64,000 bases of DNA from assembly GCA_963809485.1 (NCBI GenBank), contig CAWEJX010000001.1, positions 288,001 to 352,000 on the forward strand, in the 5' to 3' direction. Positions 1 through 11,610 of the stretch are shown here, piece by piece (the stretch's first letter is position 1; every line of letters begins with the position of its first letter). The notes below the pieces were generated by a model that worked only from the letters and a program-made list of their open reading frames with translations, was not told the origin of the DNA and searched no databases. Position numbers and translations under genes: made by a program. The DNA comes from an uncultured Acidobacteriota bacterium (GTDB taxonomy: Bacteria > Acidobacteriota > UBA6911).

Positions 1-1622
<1,622 letters not shown>

Positions 1623-1661
1623 CTTGTGATCAGCATCGCCCGGCATGGTTTTGACTAAACC

Positions 1662-2057
1662 GTGGAGATTGAAAAGATGATTATCAACTGGAAACGCATC
1701 GTGATTGCCGGCATCTGGTCGGAGTTTCTGCTTCTCGCTATATACATGCCGGCCAAGATATATGCGGTTCCGGCTTTTCCTGCCATCGCAATTTTGGCCA
1801 TGCTCGGATCGATGTTTCTGGGTGGGCTGTGGGCTGTGCGAAAGATTGATTCACGGTTCCTGCTGCATGGGGTCCTTGTCGGGATCATCGCCAATGTTGT
1901 GTTTTATGTTCCGCTTTTCACTTTGGTCCCGATCTTTTGGCCCAATGAATCCATCGGAGGACTACTCGAGCATATCTTTGCCGCGGCCATCAAGATACTC
2001 GGAGCCGCGATAGGAAGCTATGTGGGCGGGAGACTCTGGAAAAAATCCGCCGAGTGA
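1662..2057 (+). CDS. Small integral membrane protein (about 4 TM segments)
   Basis: Hydrophobic 131 aa ORF with LHGVLVG and GAAIGSYVGG motifs; start is GTG 1662 or ATG 1677. Confidence 0.75.
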   Translation: MEIEKMIINWKRIVIAGIWSEFLLLAIYMPAKIYAVPAFPAIAILAMLGSMFLGGLWAVRKIDSRFLLHGVLVGIIANVVFYVPLFTLVPIFWPNESIGGLLEHIFAAAIKILGAAIGSYVGGRLWKKSAE

Positions 2058-2557
2058 TTACCTCCGGCTGAGCGAGAAAATCCTCACGCCGCTCCAGCTT
2101 CCCCCTGCGCCGCGGGCCCCACCTGCACGCCGAAGTCCTGCCTGTGCGTGCGCCCGGCTATCAGGTTAAAACCCGTCAACCGCGCCGATCCCACGTTGCT
2201 GTTGTGAACGAGCCAAAGCCCCAGGGCTACTCGGAATCCGAGCATTGCCGGAAGCATGCCGTACGGTGTGCCGGAGTCCGTCCCAAGCTGCTCGCCGTCT
2301 CGTTCGGCATCCCTCCGGTGCCGGAGAAGATGGTCGACAGCATCCCCCAGCTGGCCACAGTTCCTGCAATCAGCGTGCGCGGCCCCCAGTTCTGGGTGAT
2401 CGTGAACAACGCCCCGTTGGCCGGCGATACGTTCTCCGTGTTGTAGTAGATCGTCTAGGGCGCGCCATCGAAGTATTGACCGCCAAAAACAAAAACAGCC
2501 GCAGATTGGACTCTTTCTGCAATCTGCGGCTGTACCCGAACTCGTTGCGATGATGTA

Positions 2558-3331
2558 CTAGGCGGCTTCAACTCCCAGAACACGGCTTGTAACGCTGTAC
2601 AGCTCCGCCGGAGTAAAGGGTTTGGGCATGTAATCGCTCGCGCCTTTCTGTATTGCTTCCTCGGCTGTCTCAATCGATCCATATCCTGTTACGATCACGA
2701 CGCGCAAGCCAGGTTTCTTGGCCTTGATTCTTTGCAGGACATCCATGCCGTTCCCATCCGTCATTTTCAGATCCAGAAGCACAAGATCGTAATTCTGTGC
2801 GAAAACCCGGGTCAGGGCGTCCTTGCAGGTAAATGCCTCCTCCACTGCAAAACCTTTTCTTGAGAGGATTTTCCGGATGCTGTTGGCAACAACGGCTTCA
2901 TCGTCAACGACCAGAACCCTGTTTGGAGCCGGAGCATATTGACCCCAGTGGCCAACCACCGGCATATCGGAAGGGCCAAGCGCCGCAACATAGGCCTCAC
3001 TGGTCAGTGCAGCAACTTCAGAGGCGCTGAAAGGCATATCGACATCGATCGGATCAAACACATATTCTGTTGCAACCGCAGCCCGACCTTTCTTGTTTTC
3101 GGCAGTGACTATCGGGCATTCCTCCTGCTGGCAAACCCCCTTCTTCACGAATTTTTTGCATGAACGCTGGCCCAGAGAGCAGTAATCCTCCGCAGGAATT
3201 GGCCTGGCTGCAATAATTGGGACATCAGACCGCGTCAGGTTCCGGACATAGGCTGCAGAGGTCGCCTTTTCCACCTCTTCAGCATCAAACGGCATATCAA
3301 CGTCAATCGTCCTGGATTCCGTTCCAGCCAC
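2558..3331 (-). CDS. Response regulator receiver with N-terminal duplicated DVDMPF motif and Cys-rich linker
   Basis: C-terminal receiver (LVVDDE, DLKM, TGY, KPF). The best Shine-Dalgarno-linked ATG (3367) is immediately followed by an in-frame TAA. Confidence 0.85.
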   Translation of the reverse strand: MAGTESRTIDVDMPFDAEEVEKATSAAYVRNLTRSDVPIIAARPIPAEDYCSLGQRSCKKFVKKGVCQQEECPIVTAENKKGRAAVATEYVFDPIDVDMPFSASEVAALTSEAYVAALGPSDMPVVGHWGQYAPAPNRVLVVDDEAVVANSIRKILSRKGFAVEEAFTCKDALTRVFAQNYDLVLLDLKMTDGNGMDVLQRIKAKKPGLRVVIVTGYGSIETAEEAIQKGASDYMPKPFTPAELYSVTSRVLGVEAA

Positions 3332-3429
3332 CGCGAGTTCTTCGGTTTTTGACTGTTTCTGTTACATTGCTTTTTCCTCCCGAGATCCTTTGTATTTATT
3401 TATTGCTTCGTTCATAACACCCTCGATAA

Positions 3430-3445
3430 TGCACATTGCGTGCCA
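3430..3445 (-). promoter_or_regulatory. Sigma-54 (-24/-12) promoter
   Basis: TGGCACG-CAAT-GTGCA on the minus strand versus consensus TGGCACG-N4-TTGCA, ~60 bp upstream of the regulator RBS. Confidence 0.7.
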
Positions 3446-3485
3446 GATTTCTTGGTTTGCGCCCCGCGAATGGTAACTGCTTAAA

Positions 3486-3498
3486 AATCAATGAATTG
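3486..3498. promoter_or_regulatory. IHF-binding site
   Basis: AATCAATGAATTG matches WATCAANNNNTTR exactly, in an AT-rich tract just upstream of the sigma-54 site. Confidence 0.55.
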
Positions 3499-3541
3499 CC
3501 TAAATAAGAATAAGTGTTGATTTGTTTTCTGGTGCATATGA

Positions 3542-3555
3542 TTGATATACGTCAA
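3542..3555. promoter_or_regulatory. FNR/CRP-like box
   Basis: TTGAT-ATAC-GTCAA, one mismatch to TTGAT-N4-ATCAA. Confidence 0.35.
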
Positions 3556-4206
3556 ACGCAGGCAACTGCCGAAACTTAAGGAGCGATTGATATGTTTTGT
3601 TGCAATTAAAGAACTTGCAAGGTGCGTATATTTTGTATTCGCCATTTTGGGGCAGATTATGCGGCTGGATATGCGGCCGTTTCCTCGGTCGGTCGCGGCA
3701 GCAACCCGATGCTGCATTATGCCGAGCGATAGGGATGGCGGGGTAAAAAGGTGCAAAGCCGGTGGCTTGAAGACAGACCGCTCAAAGTGATTGGATCAGC
3801 TCCACTCGCTGTGGCCGCTGACATACGACGGCAAGAGCAGGTCCTGTTCGGCAGACGCGATCTTCCCTGATCAATTTCCAGTTTGGTTTCGCGATTCCAG
3901 TAGCTGATAAATTCGCTCTATCGCCAATATGTCAGCACCAGGGCCTTCTATTTCGGGGTAATTCTTCTTGTGATCGGTTAAGTCTGCATTATGTAAACTT
4001 CGGGGCCAAAAATTGCTCCCTTTATCGAATTCGGTGGCATCCTAACCTGAAATTAGGGCTTTTGAAAGGGATTTTGGGCCCATCGGCGCGCACCCGCGCA
4101 CCCTATAGACAGGCACGGATCTTCGCGGCAGAGCCAGGCGACCAACTCCCGGTTCCCGGCTGCAGGAGAGAAATTTCCTTTCTGCAGAGTTCATTGGCAC
4201 GCGGAT

Positions 4207-5013
4207 TCAGTCCGGCGTTTGCATTGTTTGCATTCCCAATCCACTGAACAAATCTGAGATGCCCACCGCTAAACCCGCGAATATCATCGACTCGGCAGTG
4301 TTTCCCCCTTCGAAGGTACGATATTTGTCGATCTCACAATCCTCAAAGCTGTAAACCATGATATTTGCCTGCCGCGGATCGGCGATCCAGTACTCCCGCA
4401 CGCCCGAGAGCCTGTAGGTATTCAGCTTGTCGATCATGTCTTTGCTCCGCGTGCCATCCGAAAGGATCTCCAGGACCAGCGAGGGAGTGCCCATATAGCG
4501 CCCCTTTTCCGTGACATTGTTCGCCAGATCGCATACGACCAGCAAATCCGGCTGCATGACGTCGGTTTCCTTGATCTCCCGCTTGCGAAAATGCACGTCG
4601 AAAGGAGCGAAGTACACGCGGCACGGTTTGCCCTGAAAGTATTTGTTGAAGATTAGATGCAGCCTGCCGAGGATTTCCTGATGCCAGAGATCCGGCGAAG
4701 CCAGCAGGTGGATCTCCCCATTGATGAACTCCATGCGCAGGGTGCTTTTCTCGTATATCTGCATGAATTCTTCGTAGGACACTTTCTTGCCGCCATATTG
4801 ATAATCCAGCGCCCTTTCCCTGACCAGGAAGTACTGCTCGATGTCCGTCACATAAGGAGTCATCCTGGCGATTTTTCCGCCGTTCTTGGTGATGACCACG
4901 TCGTTTTTTCCTTCCACCAGGTCGAGGTACTTTCCAAGATTCTGCTTCAGTTCGGTCGCGCTGATCACAACGCCTTCCCGATATTTAGTGGATACCATGC
5001 TGATTACCTCCAT
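4207..5013 (-). CDS. Phd/YefM antitoxin domain fused to Uma2-family (DUF820) endonuclease
   Basis: N-terminal ISATELKQNLGKYLDLVE..DVVITKNG (Phd-like). C-terminal EFING..H, QPDLLVVCD, PSLVLEILS, KLNTY..GVREYWIADP (Uma2-like). Confidence 0.9.
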   Translation of the reverse strand: MEVISMVSTKYREGVVISATELKQNLGKYLDLVEGKNDVVITKNGGKIARMTPYVTDIEQYFLVRERALDYQYGGKKVSYEEFMQIYEKSTLRMEFINGEIHLLASPDLWHQEILGRLHLIFNKYFQGKPCRVYFAPFDVHFRKREIKETDVMQPDLLVVCDLANNVTEKGRYMGTPSLVLEILSDGTRSKDMIDKLNTYRLSGVREYWIADPRQANIMVYSFEDCEIDKYRTFEGGNTAESMIFAGLAVGISDLFSGLGMQTMQTPD

Positions 5014-5754
5014 GTTTCAGAGCGCCGTCATGTACGAATATTGCCACATTGTCGTGCGACTGGCCAGGCAATTATGTTCGATTTAGGCAGCTCTGTCGAT
5101 CGGTATTTTTTATGACTTTTTCGCGCTCCCGCTGACAGTTGGATTCATGGAGAGAGGCTTTTGCTATTTTCCGTGGCTGTTTTGCTTTGTTGCGGCTTCG
5201 CTGCTCCGGGCTATTCGGGGCAACATGCCCTTTCAGGCGCATACCGGCCCGCCGGAACAGCGGTCGTTCCGGTATCCGGGCCCAGACGCAGGGGCAAAAT
5301 GCAAAAAGTCTTTCTACCTCCGATCAAATATCATTTAATGTAATAATCCGGCGCAGGAATCGAATTGTGAGAATTCAGCGCTGACGGCGGCTCACTGACG
5401 CATAGTCTGATAACCAGAGGAGGTGTTCCCGAAATCCGGCCTTCAGCCCCTTTCCCCTCCTGCGCTTCACGGCTGGTATGGTGTCGTGCCTTCGGCGCTC
5501 AGCGCTCCGTTCGCGGGTACCGGAGGGCCGAAGGCCCGCCTCATATTAGCCTCCAACACGCTGGATGCCGTGTCCTCGCCGGAAGCACCACTCCCGCAGC
5601 ATCGTCGTGCCCATGCCGGGATTGCCGTCGCCCTGAGTTCTTCCGGCAGGTGAATCGTGGAGCAGGTCCCAGGTTTCTTATAGGCGCTGCGGGGCGGTTA
5701 CCGTGTATAATATTTCCTATTCCTAAATATGTTTTCCGAGGGAGGCGTTCAAGC

Positions 5755-6696
5755 ATGAATAATGACTGGGAATATAATCATTCAGGCGTTTTTACCAGAA
5801 ATTTTTGGGAGACAGTTCAGTATTACAAAGATCTGGGGATAGCTGCCGACATTTCTTTGGCGGGACCAGCCCTGGATCCGACAGTGAACGCGGAGATCAT
5901 CGAATTCGATGTTGTCCCCGTGTTTGACATTCCCGAAGGTGAACCTTTCCTTTACCTTTTATATTTCGGCGATTTCGAGATGGAAGTGCTCCATGCCGAA
6001 AATTCCATTCCTCGCGGTGAAATGCTGGCCTACCGGGAAGGTTGCAACCATATCTGCATCAGCGTACCTGACATCAATGCCGAGACAGAAAAACTGGTCA
6101 ACAAGGGCATGCGCGTTATCCAGGACCTCCGTGTGAAGGGTGAGCGCCTGGAGGATTATCTGGATACCCGTGAATCCGGCCACATCCTTCTGTCGCTCAG
6201 GTCTCCCATGAGCGAGGATACGAAAAAGAGGAAAGCCGCTGCCGGCATAGTTCCCTGGAAATTTATCGGTCACACCGCGATAGTCAAAGACCTGGACAAA
6301 ACGGTCAAATTCTATGACTACCTGGAGATCGCCGACTTTCTGCCTGAGAGACAATTCGATACCGGGAAAATGTCCAACGTCCGGATATACGGCAGATCCC
6401 CCAAGGCCGAAGTACAGGCCAGGACGAGGAGATGCCGGATAGGAGATCGATTAATCCTGGAACTGGTTGAGCCGGGTCGATCCGACTTCATCTACAGAGA
6501 GACTCTATACCGCCGGGGAGAAGGGATCATGGACATCATGTTTTCGGTGAAAGACTTGAAGCAGGAAACGGCCAGGTTGACCGAAAAGGGCGTGCCCATG
6601 ATTTTCTGCGGACGGCCTCAGGACGGCGGCGCGTTCGCGGTCTTCGATACCCGGACAAAGGGCGGAGATATCCTGATCAAGCTTATCGAGGAATAA
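5755..6696 (+). CDS. Tandem VOC (glyoxalase/methylmalonyl-CoA epimerase-like) protein
   Basis: GGAGG RBS before ATG 5755. Two related halves (YNHSGVFTRN..EGCNHICISVPDI and FIGHTAIVKDL..EGIMDIMFSVKDL). Confidence 0.75.
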   Translation: MNNDWEYNHSGVFTRNFWETVQYYKDLGIAADISLAGPALDPTVNAEIIEFDVVPVFDIPEGEPFLYLLYFGDFEMEVLHAENSIPRGEMLAYREGCNHICISVPDINAETEKLVNKGMRVIQDLRVKGERLEDYLDTRESGHILLSLRSPMSEDTKKRKAAAGIVPWKFIGHTAIVKDLDKTVKFYDYLEIADFLPERQFDTGKMSNVRIYGRSPKAEVQARTRRCRIGDRLILELVEPGRSDFIYRETLYRRGEGIMDIMFSVKDLKQETARLTEKGVPMIFCGRPQDGGAFAVFDTRTKGGDILIKLIEE

Positions 6697-6731
6697 TAGC
6701 GAGCAGGCAATGTATCGGACCGATGCGCCAT

Positions 6732-7580
6732 TCAGTGCATGAAGAAATTCAAGGCATTTATAAGATAATCGCGCATCTCGCGCCGATCGACGATGGCGTC
6801 AAGCATCCCGTGGTGCAACAGGAATTCGGAACGCTGAAAATCTTTGGGAAGCTTTTGACGTATGGTCTGTTCGATAACCCTGGGACCGGCAAATCCGATC
6901 AGAGCACCCGGCTCGGCGATTATCAAGTCTCCGAGCATCGCATAGCTCGCAGTAACGCCCCCCGTCGTGGGGTCCGTCAATATAGAGACAAAGGGTACGC
7001 CTGATTCATCCAGACGGGCGAGTGCGGCGCTGATTTTTCCCATCTGCATGAGAGACAAGGCCCCTTCGTGCATGCGCGCCCCGCCCGACGCAGACACGAT
7101 AATTAGGGGCAGTTTCCCCCGCGTGGACCTTTCGACAGCCAGGGTGATCATTTCACCGACCACCGAGCCCATGGAACCCCCTATGAAACTGTACTCCATC
7201 GCCGAGATCTGGATATCCCTGCCTCCGAGCGCCCCCCTGGCATTTACCACAGCGTCGTTCAGGCCGGTGGCGCTCCGCGCTGCGGCAAGCTTCTTCGAGT
7301 AAGGTTCCCTGTCGACGAATTTCAGGGGATCCGTTGAAAAAAGGTTGTTATCCAGGGCCTCGTATGTGCCGCTGTCAAACAACATCTGCAGCCGCTCCGA
7401 TGCGTTGATCCTGAAATGATATCCGCACTTCGGACATACTTTCCCGTTGGCATCAAGGTCTTTTTTATATATGAAAGCGCGGCAGCCTTCACATTTGGTA
7501 AACAGGCCCTCCGTCCGGACGGTTCTTTCTTCGTCCCTGGTGTTGGCGATCGGATTCCTCTCTTTTTTAAACCAGCTCAT
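6732..7580 (-). CDS. accD: Acetyl-CoA carboxylase carboxyltransferase beta subunit
   Basis: Zn finger CEGC..CPKC, FIGGSMG, SGGARMHEG, DPTTGGVTASYA, GFAGPRVIEQT. Confidence 0.97.
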   Translation of the reverse strand: MSWFKKERNPIANTRDEERTVRTEGLFTKCEGCRAFIYKKDLDANGKVCPKCGYHFRINASERLQMLFDSGTYEALDNNLFSTDPLKFVDREPYSKKLAAARSATGLNDAVVNARGALGGRDIQISAMEYSFIGGSMGSVVGEMITLAVERSTRGKLPLIIVSASGGARMHEGALSLMQMGKISAALARLDESGVPFVSILTDPTTGGVTASYAMLGDLIIAEPGALIGFAGPRVIEQTIRQKLPKDFQRSEFLLHHGMLDAIVDRREMRDYLINALNFFMH

Positions 7581-7827
7581 AGACTAATATCATAGCGCAT
7601 AATGAAGCTGCTGTGAGCCAAGTTTCTCCTTAGGGGGTCCAGCAGACAATCGTGCTGTTTCGAGACCTGGGCGCGCGGCGCATACTATCTCTGATCCGGC
7701 CCGCGAATGAGCGAATCGTATCAGGTGTTCGGATCAAACTAGCCGCGAAGGGTTTTGGAAGGCCTGAAGCCTAAAACCCGTTTGCATTTGGGGGAGAATG
7801 TCCGCAATATAGCCCTTTGGGATATCG

Positions 7828-8976
7828 ATGATTATTGCAGTCGATGAGGATTTGCCATATCGGGAGGAGGCTTTTGGGGGGCTGGGGGAAATATGCCTTT
7901 TCCCGGGAAGAGCTTTGCGACCCGAGGCAATCCGCCATGCCGACGCTTTGATTGTCCGCTCGGTAACGCGGGTTGATGCGTCGCTGCTGGAGCGGAGTTC
8001 AGTTCGCTTTGTCGCGGGCGCCAGTGCCGGGACTGACAATATCGACCGGAAATATCTGGACGATCGAGGAATCCGCTTCAGCTATGCCGCTGGGTGCAAT
8101 GCGGATGCGGTAGCCGAATATGTAATTACGGCACTTCATATAGCCGCATCCCGTCGCCGATGGGACCTGGCAGCCAAATCCCTGGCCGTTGTAGGCGTTG
8201 GCAATGTAGGGTCGCGGGTGGCGAAAAAGGCTGGCGCTCTTGGAATGAGGGTATTCTTATGTGATCCGCCTTTGCATGACCTGACGGGAGATGCACGATA
8301 TCTGCCCTTCGAAGATATCCTCGGCGCGGACATATTGACGTTCCATGTTCCGCTTGTCTTGGAAGGCCCCTATCCGACCTGGCACATGATGGATGACAGA
8401 CGGCTGAAGCTTCTGTCGCCGGATCAATATCTAATCAATTCCGCCCGAGGTCCGGTGTTCGGCAATCAGGATCTGAAATCGGCGCTTCAAAAAGGAAGGA
8501 TCGGAGGAGCCGTATTAGACGTTTGGGAGGTGGAACCCAAAGTAGACTACTCGCTGCTGGACCTTGTCGATATCGGCACCCCTCATATAGCCGGCACTGC
8601 CCTGGACGGAAAGATTCGGGCTACGGAAATGGTTCGCAATGAGTTTTGCGCGTTTTTCGGCATTCAATCTGCCTGGGACACTGCCTCGCTGTATCCTGCA
8701 AAAAGGACTGTCCGTCCGGCAGAGAAGACGAGGGGACTGGATGCGATTCTGTCCGTTCTCCTTCAGGCCTCCAATATAATGAATTACGATGCCGGGCTTC
8801 GGGAGCTCAAGTCTGCTCCCGCCGAACAGGCTGCTGCTCGATTTGATAGAATGCGCAGCGAAGTTTCGCCGCGTCCTGAATTTCGGCATTTTTTCGTGAA
8901 CCTCTCCGGCGGGAGTGCGGATCTAGCCGGAAAATTCACCGCCATGGGATTCAAGGCGGATGCAGAAAGGCCATGA
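7828..8976 (+). CDS. pdxB: 4-phosphoerythronate dehydrogenase
   Basis: ADALIVRSVTRVD, GCNADAVAEYV, GVGNVG, TFHVPL, INSARG, LDVWE.EP, TPHIAG. Confidence 0.9.
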   Translation: MIIAVDEDLPYREEAFGGLGEICLFPGRALRPEAIRHADALIVRSVTRVDASLLERSSVRFVAGASAGTDNIDRKYLDDRGIRFSYAAGCNADAVAEYVITALHIAASRRRWDLAAKSLAVVGVGNVGSRVAKKAGALGMRVFLCDPPLHDLTGDARYLPFEDILGADILTFHVPLVLEGPYPTWHMMDDRRLKLLSPDQYLINSARGPVFGNQDLKSALQKGRIGGAVLDVWEVEPKVDYSLLDLVDIGTPHIAGTALDGKIRATEMVRNEFCAFFGIQSAWDTASLYPAKRTVRPAEKTRGLDAILSVLLQASNIMNYDAGLRELKSAPAEQAAARFDRMRSEVSPRPEFRHFFVNLSGGSADLAGKFTAMGFKADAERP

Positions 8977-9138
8977 CCGGCCGCAAGAAAGCGCCGTATC
9001 TGCCGACAAACTGTGCCGACAGGCGGCTGTGTTGGTTTTGAATTCGGTACAGGCGTCCCGAAAGGCCTAGGAACACCTGAATCGGAGGGAATGATCAGGA
9101 TGCCGCTCGGGCAGATGGCTGATAAAGCAATATATGCA

Positions 9139-10299
9139 ATGAATTGGATCTTCCTGATACCGGTCCTATGCGGCTCGGTTTATGCAATCCTTTGTGTCGC
9201 CGCAGTTGCCTGGCTTCGGACGCGTCCGGCGGGCCCTGCCGAAGCAGCTGCCGGCCCCTGGCCCCCTGTGACGGTCCTGAAACCCGTCCACGGACTTGAA
9301 AAAAATCAGCGGGAAAATCTACGAAGCACGTGCCTTCAAAACTATCCCGAATACCAGGTTGTGTTTTCCGTCCAGAGCCCTGATGATGCCGCGATTCCTC
9401 TGCTGAAGGAGATTCAGAAGGAATTCGGATCCGCCTGCGTAACGGTTGCAATCGAGGATTGCCGGAAAGGCACCAACGGCAAGATTAACAATATGATCGG
9501 GGGAATGCGGCATGCACGGCATGATCTGTTGGTCATAAGCGACAGCGACGTGCTTCTGAAAAGCGACTATCTGAAAACCATCGTTCAGCCTCTGAATGAT
9601 CCCGGTGTGGGTTGTGCCTGTACTCTATACAAGGCCGCGGGCGCGAAAACGTGGTTTGAAAAAATGGAGCTGTTGACGCTCAATGCGGATTTTATGGCAA
9701 ACGTGCTTTTTGCCTATGTAACCGGCGCATCAAAATTCTGCCTGGGCGCTTCCGCTGCTCTATACCGTTCAACACTCGATCGCATTGGAGGCCTCGAAGC
9801 CCTGTCCGATTATCTGGTTGAGGATTACGAAATGGGAAGGCGAATCTGGACGCTGGGCCGGAAGATCGCAATTATTCCCTATTTTGTGGATACCATTGTG
9901 GATCTTAAAACGCCTTCCCAATGGTGGAACCACCAGGTTTACTGGGATCAGAATACCCGCGCGGCCCGCCCTATTGCATTCTTTGCCACAGCCGTGATAC
10001 GCGCCGTGCCATTTGCGCTCCTTTACGCCGCCGTCCGGTTGGGGGATATCCTCGGATTGGCAACCCTGGCCGGAGCCTGTTTGTTGCGGATAGCAAGCGC
10101 AGCCGTAATCCTGGGTTGGGGATTGCGCGACCGCGAAGGCTTGCGCAGCCTCTGGCTGCTTCTATTCCGGGATGTCGCTTCCCTGGCTACCTGGCTGCTG
10201 GCTTTTCTTAAACGGACGACTGTGTGGCGCGGGACCAGCTTTGTCCTCACGCGGGACGGGCGACTTGTAGCGCAAGAACCCATTCCTGCTGATAAATAG
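9139..10299 (+). CDS. hpnI: Hopanoid glycosyltransferase HpnI-like (GT2 / ceramide glucosyltransferase family)
   Basis: PPVTVLKPVHGLE, NGKINN, ISDSD, LVEDYEMG; adjacent to hpnK. Start is uncertain (9091-9139). Confidence 0.8.
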   Translation: MNWIFLIPVLCGSVYAILCVAAVAWLRTRPAGPAEAAAGPWPPVTVLKPVHGLEKNQRENLRSTCLQNYPEYQVVFSVQSPDDAAIPLLKEIQKEFGSACVTVAIEDCRKGTNGKINNMIGGMRHARHDLLVISDSDVLLKSDYLKTIVQPLNDPGVGCACTLYKAAGAKTWFEKMELLTLNADFMANVLFAYVTGASKFCLGASAALYRSTLDRIGGLEALSDYLVEDYEMGRRIWTLGRKIAIIPYFVDTIVDLKTPSQWWNHQVYWDQNTRAARPIAFFATAVIRAVPFALLYAAVRLGDILGLATLAGACLLRIASAAVILGWGLRDREGLRSLWLLLFRDVASLATWLLAFLKRTTVWRGTSFVLTRDGRLVAQEPIPADK

Positions 10300-10356
10300 C
10301 GTCGAACGAAGCGGGAAACAGGCATCCGCTTTTTCTTCTCAACGCGAAAGGTCGCA

Positions 10357-11208
10357 TTGAAAAGAATTATTATCACTGGAGATGATTTTGGCCTTGCACC
10401 GCCGGTCAACGAGGCGATCGCGCAAGCGCATCGCAACGGCGTCCTTACGGCCGCCAGCCTCATGGTGGCAGCGCCGCACGCACAGGATGCGATCGAGCGC
10501 GCCGGACAGCTCCGTTCCCTCAAGGTAGGCCTGCACCTTGTTCTGGTGGAGGGACAACCGGTTCTCGATCCCAGGCAGATTCCGGACCTGGTCGATTCCC
10601 GCGGGATGTTTTCGGCGCACCTTGCGCGTTCGGGCTTCAAATTCTTCTTCTATCGGGATATTCGAAGGCAGCTGGAGGCGGAGATACGCGCCCAATTCGA
10701 GGCATTTCGTCAAACAGGCCTGCCCCTCGATCATGTGAATGCCCATAACCATATGCACCTGCACCCGACGGTGTTGCGGCTGATCTTAAAAGTGGGACGG
10801 GACTACGGACTAAGGGCAGTCCGGCTGCCCAACGAGCCGCCCATAAGATCCTGGAAAGCTTCGGGGAAATCCCTGCAATCCAGGCTAGCTTCCTGGATTT
10901 TTCTTTACCCCTGGATGCATCTCATGAAACGCATGCTCCGACGGGCCGGCGTGCGTCACAACGACTTTATTTTTGGGATGGCGGACAGCGGATCCGTCAC
11001 GCTGGATCTGGCGCTCGGATTTCTTCGAAACCTTCCCGATGGGGTCACGGAAATATATTTCCATCCGGCCACGCGGCGTTGCGTGGAAATCGATTCCACA
11101 ATGCCGGACTACCGGCACGAGGACGAATTTCGAGCCCTGACCAGCGGGCTTTTACTTGATGCGCTGCGCACGGCTGGAATCCGGGAGATCGCATTCAGCG
11201 ACATCTGA
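10357..11208 (+). CDS. hpnK: Hopanoid biosynthesis-associated deacetylase HpnK (YdjC family)
   Basis: IITGDDFG, GVLTAASLMV, VGLHLVLVEG, DHVNAHNHMHLHP, TEIYFHP. Confidence 0.88.
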   Translation: MKRIIITGDDFGLAPPVNEAIAQAHRNGVLTAASLMVAAPHAQDAIERAGQLRSLKVGLHLVLVEGQPVLDPRQIPDLVDSRGMFSAHLARSGFKFFFYRDIRRQLEAEIRAQFEAFRQTGLPLDHVNAHNHMHLHPTVLRLILKVGRDYGLRAVRLPNEPPIRSWKASGKSLQSRLASWIFLYPWMHLMKRMLRRAGVRHNDFIFGMADSGSVTLDLALGFLRNLPDGVTEIYFHPATRRCVEIDSTMPDYRHEDEFRALTSGLLLDALRTAGIREIAFSDI

Positions 11209-11226
11209 CGGGGACTGGGGGTAACA

Positions 11227-11610
11227 ATGCTGAGAGTCGTAATTGCTATGACCATAGCCGCGGCATCCGCGGCTTTCGGTCAAATTCTTGTCAGGCGCGG
11301 GATGCTGCAGGTCGGCAGTCTGGAGAACTACGCTCCCTGGCCTTTGCTGACCTATTTCTGGCATGCCTTGTGCAATCCCTATGTTATAGGGGGAACCGTC
11401 CTGAACGCGCTGTTTTATTTTCTTTTCCTGGCGGCCCTGTCATGGACCGGAGTCACGGTGGCGCTGCCCATGACGGCTATCGAATACGGATTCGCAGCGC
11501 TCATGGCAGTGATGATATTAAAAGAGAGCGTGCCTCCGGCCCGCTGGATCGGGATTGTACTGGTCATGGTTGGAGTTATACTCATTGCTCGTGGCGGCGG
11601 GGATACTTAG
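11227..11610 (+). CDS. EamA/SMR-type small membrane transporter (ArnE/F-like)
   Basis: 127 aa with 4 TM segments; VALPMTAIEY..LKESVPPARWIGIVLVMVGV. Confidence 0.8.
   Translation: MLRVVIAMTIAAASAAFGQILVRRGMLQVGSLENYAPWPLLTYFWHALCNPYVIGGTVLNALFYFLFLAALSWTGVTVALPMTAIEYGFAALMAVMILKESVPPARWIGIVLVMVGVILIARGGGDT

Noticed and set aside
2100-2460. Possible gene remnant on the minus strand (TIYYNTENVSPANGALFTITQNWGP...)
   Set aside because: It looks coding-like but has no RBS/start or identifiable homology; a translated search would be needed.
3871-4041. Lower-GC minus-strand open stretch of 56 codons (DATEFDKGSNFWPRSLH...RNQTGN) without a start codon
   Set aside because: It may be the 3' remnant of a lost gene, but I cannot assign a family, so it is not reported as a feature.
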